DNA of 64,000 nt from Candidatus Berkelbacteria bacterium (GTDB taxonomy: Bacteria; Patescibacteriota; UBA1384; 2-12-FULL-50-11): assembly GCA_016432625.1 (NCBI GenBank), contig CP066697.1, forward strand, positions 522,561 through 586,560, written 5' to 3'. The position numbers and the translations under genes were made by a program. Shown here one piece after another: positions 59,906 through 64,000 of the stretch (positions within the stretch are counted from its first letter, which is position 1; each line of letters opens with the position of its first letter). The notes beneath the pieces were generated by a model that was not told the origin of the DNA, did no database searches, and saw only the letters and a program-made list of their open reading frames with translations.

Positions 59906-60457
59906 TTAGACTGTCATCAACTCTCGCTCTTTGGTCTCAACTAGTGTCTTGACCTGTTGATTGAAATCGTCGATTAATTCGTTCAAATCCTTAGTAAAGC
60001 GATTAAGCTCGTCTTCTCTCATTGTTCCAGCCGTCTTCTCCCGATTTGCCGTCTGCATCGCATCACCACGAAGTTGCCTCAATTGGATCCGTGCGGCCTC
60101 ACCTTTCTGGGCAACCAGTTTAACGAACTCTGCACGTCGCTCTTGGCTCAGCGGCGGAACGCTTAAACGTAGCTGCGCCCCTTCGTTAATAACCGAGAAG
60201 CCCAGCTGACTGTCGCGAATGGCGTTTTCGATTGCCGCGACGACTGATTTATCCCAAGGCTGAACAATAAGCTGCCCTTGGTCATTAGCGGAGATGGACG
60301 CAACTTGGTTAAGCGGCATCGTGCCCCCGTAGGCAGCAACTGGTAGAGTGCCGACTAAATCACCTGACGCTCGGCCTGGACGGAGCGTACGTAAATCCTC
60401 GCCTAAGACGTCGAGGGTTTTTTGCATTGCTGTCTTGAGTGAACTAATTGACTGCAT
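59906..60457 (-). CDS. frr: Ribosome recycling factor
   Basis: RPGRAS, QPWDKS, PPLSQERR, KERELM. Confidence 0.95.
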   Translation of the reverse strand: MQSISSLKTAMQKTLDVLGEDLRTLRPGRASGDLVGTLPVAAYGGTMPLNQVASISANDQGQLIVQPWDKSVVAAIENAIRDSQLGFSVINEGAQLRLSVPPLSQERRAEFVKLVAQKGEAARIQLRQLRGDAMQTANREKTAGTMREDELNRFTKDLNELIDDFNQQVKTLVETKERELMTV

Positions 60458-60503
60458 AAGCGTAATCTACCAGCAAAGGTGGCCTTAAAACAGGCACTAA
60501 AAG

Positions 60504-60962
60504 CTACTCGCCTAGTTCAAACCGCGCCACGCGGTTAATCTTCATGTTCTCGCCGATCTTGGCGATAGTGTCGTTGAGTAACTGCTCGATCGTTAGTGAC
60601 GGATCACGGAAGTATTCCTGCTTTAGAAGCTCATCAACATTTTCCGGTTTCATCGAGGCAACTTGAAGCGCAATTTCGCGGACAAACTTTTTGAAATCCT
60701 CGTTGCGAGCCACAAAATCTGTCTCACAGTTGACCTCAACCATTGCTCCGATCCGACCGCCGCCGTGGACGTAAGTTTCGATCAAACCCTGGCCAGTTGC
60801 CCGGTCTGCCTTCTTAGCAACCGTTGAGAGTCCCCAATCTTTAAGTAGGGCCATCGCCTTAGCTTCGTCACTGCCGGCTTCTTCCAGCGCTCGCTTAACG
60901 TCGTGAATACCTAAGCCAGTCTTGGCGCGCAGAGATTTAATCTGTTCAACAGTTATATTCAT
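60504..60962 (-). CDS. tsf: Elongation factor Ts, short form
   Basis: LRAKTGLG, EVNCETDFVARN, KIGEN. Confidence 0.96.
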   Translation of the reverse strand: MNITVEQIKSLRAKTGLGIHDVKRALEEAGSDEAKAMALLKDWGLSTVAKKADRATGQGLIETYVHGGGRIGAMVEVNCETDFVARNEDFKKFVREIALQVASMKPENVDELLKQEYFRDPSLTIEQLLNDTIAKIGENMKINRVARFELGE

Positions 60963-61032
60963 AATATTTACTCGATTGTATCCGTTGAATAGATTGGAGC
61001 AAAGCGGAAAATCTGTTCAACAGTTACGCTCA

Positions 61033-61824
61033 TCACTTAGACTTTTTCGCTACGGGCTTTTTCGGTTTAGCTGTAGCCTTAACAGCTTTCTTGACGGCCT
61101 TTTTTGGTTTTTCCTTAGTTGGTTCACCTTCAACTTTGGATTTTGCCTCAACCTTTTTTACGGGCGTCTCAACGAGGGCCTTGAGGACCATCTCTATGGC
61201 TCGCGGAGCGTCGTCGTTAGCAGGAATTGGGTAATCAACCGAGTCTGGATTAACATCAGTGTCGGTAATGGCAATGACAGGGATATTCAAACGTCGCGCT
61301 TCGCCGAGAGCGATACGGTCTTCGGTGGCGCTACCGATAATTAGAAGCTCAGGCATCGCTTTAAGACTAGCCGCGCCACCCAGGAAACGCTGATAGTGAT
61401 CGAGTTTGGCCTGGTGTTTGGCGCGCTGCTTCTTGTCTAACTTCTGGCCCTTCTCACTCGCGATGAATTCTTCGAGTTCTCGCATTTTCTTAAACTGAGC
61501 GGAAAAGTTACCGAAATTTGTTAGGAAACCACCGTACCAGCGTTCGACCATATAAGGCGCTTGGATCGATTCAGCCGCCTCTTTAACGATTGAGCGGATC
61601 GAGCGCTTCGTTCCGACAAAGAGAATCGGGCGGTCTTCTGCTCTGTATTCAGTTAAGAGTTTCTGAGCAATCTCGAGACGGTTGAGTGTTTCCTCAAGGT
61701 TAATCAACGAGACGTTGTTCTTGGTCATATAAATAAAGTTCTTCGCTTTCGGAAAAGTGAGCGATCGGTGGTGGCCGTAATGAGCACCGGCTTGAGCGAG
61801 TTCAAGAATCGTTGGCATCGCCAT
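61033..61824 (-). CDS. rpsB: 30S ribosomal protein S2
   Basis: AGAHYGH, LFVGTK, RWYGGFLTN, IPANDD; Lys-rich tail. Confidence 0.96.
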   Translation of the reverse strand: MAMPTILELAQAGAHYGHHRSLTFPKAKNFIYMTKNNVSLINLEETLNRLEIAQKLLTEYRAEDRPILFVGTKRSIRSIVKEAAESIQAPYMVERWYGGFLTNFGNFSAQFKKMRELEEFIASEKGQKLDKKQRAKHQAKLDHYQRFLGGAASLKAMPELLIIGSATEDRIALGEARRLNIPVIAITDTDVNPDSVDYPIPANDDAPRAIEMVLKALVETPVKKVEAKSKVEGEPTKEKPKKAVKKAVKATAKPKKPVAKKSK

Positions 61825-62054
61825 TATTTCTTCGCACCTTCTTTTTTGGCGGCAGTTTTCTGAAGACGAGCCTGGAATCGGTCAACTCGTCCAGCGGTGT
61901 CGACAAGCTTTTTCTTACCAGTGTAAAGCGGGTGGCAGTTCGAACAGATATCGACGCGGAATTCAGGTACGGTGGCGCCAACAACGAACTCGTTGCCACA
62001 GGAGCAAGTCACTTTAGCTTGCTGGAAGTATTCCGGATGGATCTCTTTTTGCAT
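61824..62054 (-). CDS. rpmE: 50S ribosomal protein L31, Zn-binding form
   Basis: MQKEIHPEY, CSCG, CSNCHPLYTG, GRVDRF; start ATG at 62054. Confidence 0.96.
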   Translation of the reverse strand: MQKEIHPEYFQQAKVTCSCGNEFVVGATVPEFRVDICSNCHPLYTGKKKLVDTAGRVDRFQARLQKTAAKKEGAKK

Positions 62055-62148
62055 AACGGAGAAATTGTAACAAACCTGGGACCTCTCTTCAAGGATAGGT
62101 GGGCATATCCCTCGAAATTTCACCTGTTTCCAGGTAAAATTAAGCTAA

Positions 62149-63033
62149 ATGCGGTCAGATATTGAAACCCAACTAGCCGAAGCCGAGCAACTCGCAAACG
62201 ACGAGACGGCTGATCGTGCCATTCGCGATCTTGCCCGAGAGGAAATAAAGCGCCTTCGTACCGAGCTCTACGTCGAGGACCCGATCAACCAACGAAACGC
62301 TATTATCGAGATCCGCTCAGGAACTGGCGGTGATGAGGCCGAGTTGTTTGCCGGTGAACTGCTACGAATGTACTCACGTTACGCCGAGCGACAGGGTTGG
62401 AAAATGGAAATGATCGAGCTGGCCCGTTCCGAACTTGGCGGGATTAAGTCGGCCGTAGCTCTGGTTAAAGGTCATCAAGTTTACTCTCGTTTGCGTTTTG
62501 AGGGCGGGGTGCACAGGGTACAGCGAGTACCCAAGACGGAGAAATCAGGCCGTATCCACACTTCGGCTGCCTCGGTAGTAGTGCTGCCTGAAGCACGTGA
62601 TGTCGACGTTCAAATCCGCCCCGATCAGATTCGGGTTGATGTATACCGAGCCGGCGGCCATGGCGGCCAGGGCGTGAACACCACCGACTCGGCTGTCCGC
62701 ATCACCCACTTGCCAAGTGGCATCGTTGTCACCTGTCAGGACGAACGCTCTCAATTGAAAAATAAAGAGAAAGCCCTAAACGTCCTGCGTAGTCGTCTTT
62801 GGGAGGCCGAACAGCAACGACAACAGAGCGAGACCGGTGATTTACGCCGTTCTATGATTAAGACCGGTGATCGCTCCGACAAGGTTCGGACCTATAACTA
62901 TCCCCAAAGTCGTATAACCGATCACCGAATAAATAAAAGCTGGCATAACCTAGAGTCGGTTTTAGATGGCAACCTTGAAGCGGTGACAGAAGCGCTGATT
63001 CAGGCTGATCTTGGAATTGATGTCGACGATTAA
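62149..63033 (+). CDS. prfA: Peptide chain release factor 1, N-terminally shortened
   Basis: GTGGDEA, HRVQRVPKT (PxT), GGQ, RTYNYPQ. Confidence 0.95.
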   Translation: MRSDIETQLAEAEQLANDETADRAIRDLAREEIKRLRTELYVEDPINQRNAIIEIRSGTGGDEAELFAGELLRMYSRYAERQGWKMEMIELARSELGGIKSAVALVKGHQVYSRLRFEGGVHRVQRVPKTEKSGRIHTSAASVVVLPEARDVDVQIRPDQIRVDVYRAGGHGGQGVNTTDSAVRITHLPSGIVVTCQDERSQLKNKEKALNVLRSRLWEAEQQRQQSETGDLRRSMIKTGDRSDKVRTYNYPQSRITDHRINKSWHNLESVLDGNLEAVTEALIQADLGIDVDD

Positions 63034-63868
63034 CGCACTTCTTGGCGCTGCGGCGCAGAGATTGCAGGAAGCCGGTTACACTCACGGCCAACGCGAAGCG
63101 GAAACTATCCTTGGCTACTTAACAGATTCTGATACAACCAGGCTCTTTACGCATGGCAGCGAGGAGTTGCCAGAGAGTGTGGCTTCGAGGTTCACTCAGG
63201 CTATTAACGATCGTCTTCAGGGAAAACCACTTGCTTATATCGTCGGTTCCCAACAATTCCTCGGTTGGCAGCTAAAGGTTGACGAACGGGCGCTTATTCC
63301 TCGTCCCGAAACTGAGCAGCTTGTAGAGTTCTTAGTAAAAATGATTCGTGAGCGTAAGTTTCAGGGGGCAAAAGTCTTGGAGGTCGGTACCGGTTCTGGA
63401 GCCGTGGCAATCGCCCTCAAGAAGTACTTCCCTTCCTCCATAGTCACCGCCACCGATATTTCGCCAGAAGCTTTGGAGCTAGCGGAGGATAACGCACGAC
63501 GTCTAGGTGCAGAGATTGAATTATGCGAGAGCGATTTGCTCGAAAAAGTGCCCAAGAACAAATACGACGTCGTCGTCGCCAACCTTCCGTATGTCCCCAC
63601 AGAACGCCTGGCCTTTGTGAGCGAGGAAATTCTTGACTGGGAACCGATGGTGGCGATTGACGCCGGGGACGACGGATTTAAATACATCAGTAGATTACTT
63701 GGGACCATCCAGCCATATCTTGCCAAAGATGCCATCATCGCCTTAGAGATGTGGCACACTCACGCGGACCAGATAGCTGAAAGCGTCGATCGTAACCTAC
63801 CTGGCGGCAGCGTAAGAATTGAGCCTGACCTTGCTGGCTACGACCGTTTCGCCTTTATCACAACCTAA
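63020..63868 (+). CDS. prmC: Release factor glutamine methyltransferase
   Basis: LIPRPETE, EVGTGSG, NLPY; follows prfA. Confidence 0.94.
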   Translation: MSTINALLGAAAQRLQEAGYTHGQREAETILGYLTDSDTTRLFTHGSEELPESVASRFTQAINDRLQGKPLAYIVGSQQFLGWQLKVDERALIPRPETEQLVEFLVKMIRERKFQGAKVLEVGTGSGAVAIALKKYFPSSIVTATDISPEALELAEDNARRLGAEIELCESDLLEKVPKNKYDVVVANLPYVPTERLAFVSEEILDWEPMVAIDAGDDGFKYISRLLGTIQPYLAKDAIIALEMWHTHADQIAESVDRNLPGGSVRIEPDLAGYDRFAFITT

Positions 63869-64000
63869 TCAAGTTGCCCCAAAGTAACTTCGAGTGCTTG
63901 AGTTTTACCGTCGCGTAGAATCGTCAGCGTCACCTTATCGCCTGGGTTATATTTACGAATTAGGCGCGTCAGCGGATTTGATTCAGTGATCTCGTCATTA
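63865..64000 (-). CDS. C-terminal PDZ domain of a probable HtrA-like protease (partial)
   Basis: ...LIRKYNPGDKVTLTILRDGKTQALEVTLGQLD*. Confidence 0.65.
   Translation of the reverse strand, partial: NDEITESNPLTRLIRKYNPGDKVTLTILRDGKTQALEVTLGQLD

Overview
Bacterial window with Patescibacteria (CPR) hallmarks: an unlinked 16S rRNA, an rpsB-tsf-frr-rseP-proS string lacking pyrH/uppS/cdsA/dxr, short EF-Ts and ProRS, and standard genetic code. 1-20 kb holds housekeeping and accessory genes: mutM, a frameshifted Nudix gene, a solitary full-length purL, tRNA-Ala with a 3'-end duplication, an L,D-transpeptidase, murB, 16S rRNA, clpP and tig. Downstream of the 16S, an intact tRNA-Ile(GAU) is nested inside the anticodon loop of a second, different tRNA-Ile(GAU). 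20.3-52.3 kb is a ~32 kb co-oriented surface-structure locus: two giant secreted proteins (3280 and 2681 aa), four pilin/WxL-like subunits sharing their C-terminal domain, three membrane-anchored DUF916/DUF3324-like proteins, a membrane-anchored Ig protein, a dockerin adaptor, two cohesins and two class A beta-lactamase-fold proteins. I infer a donor-strand-type fibre assembly system. 52-64 kb holds divergent glycolytic genes and translation genes. All calls come from reading motifs by eye; no database searches were run.
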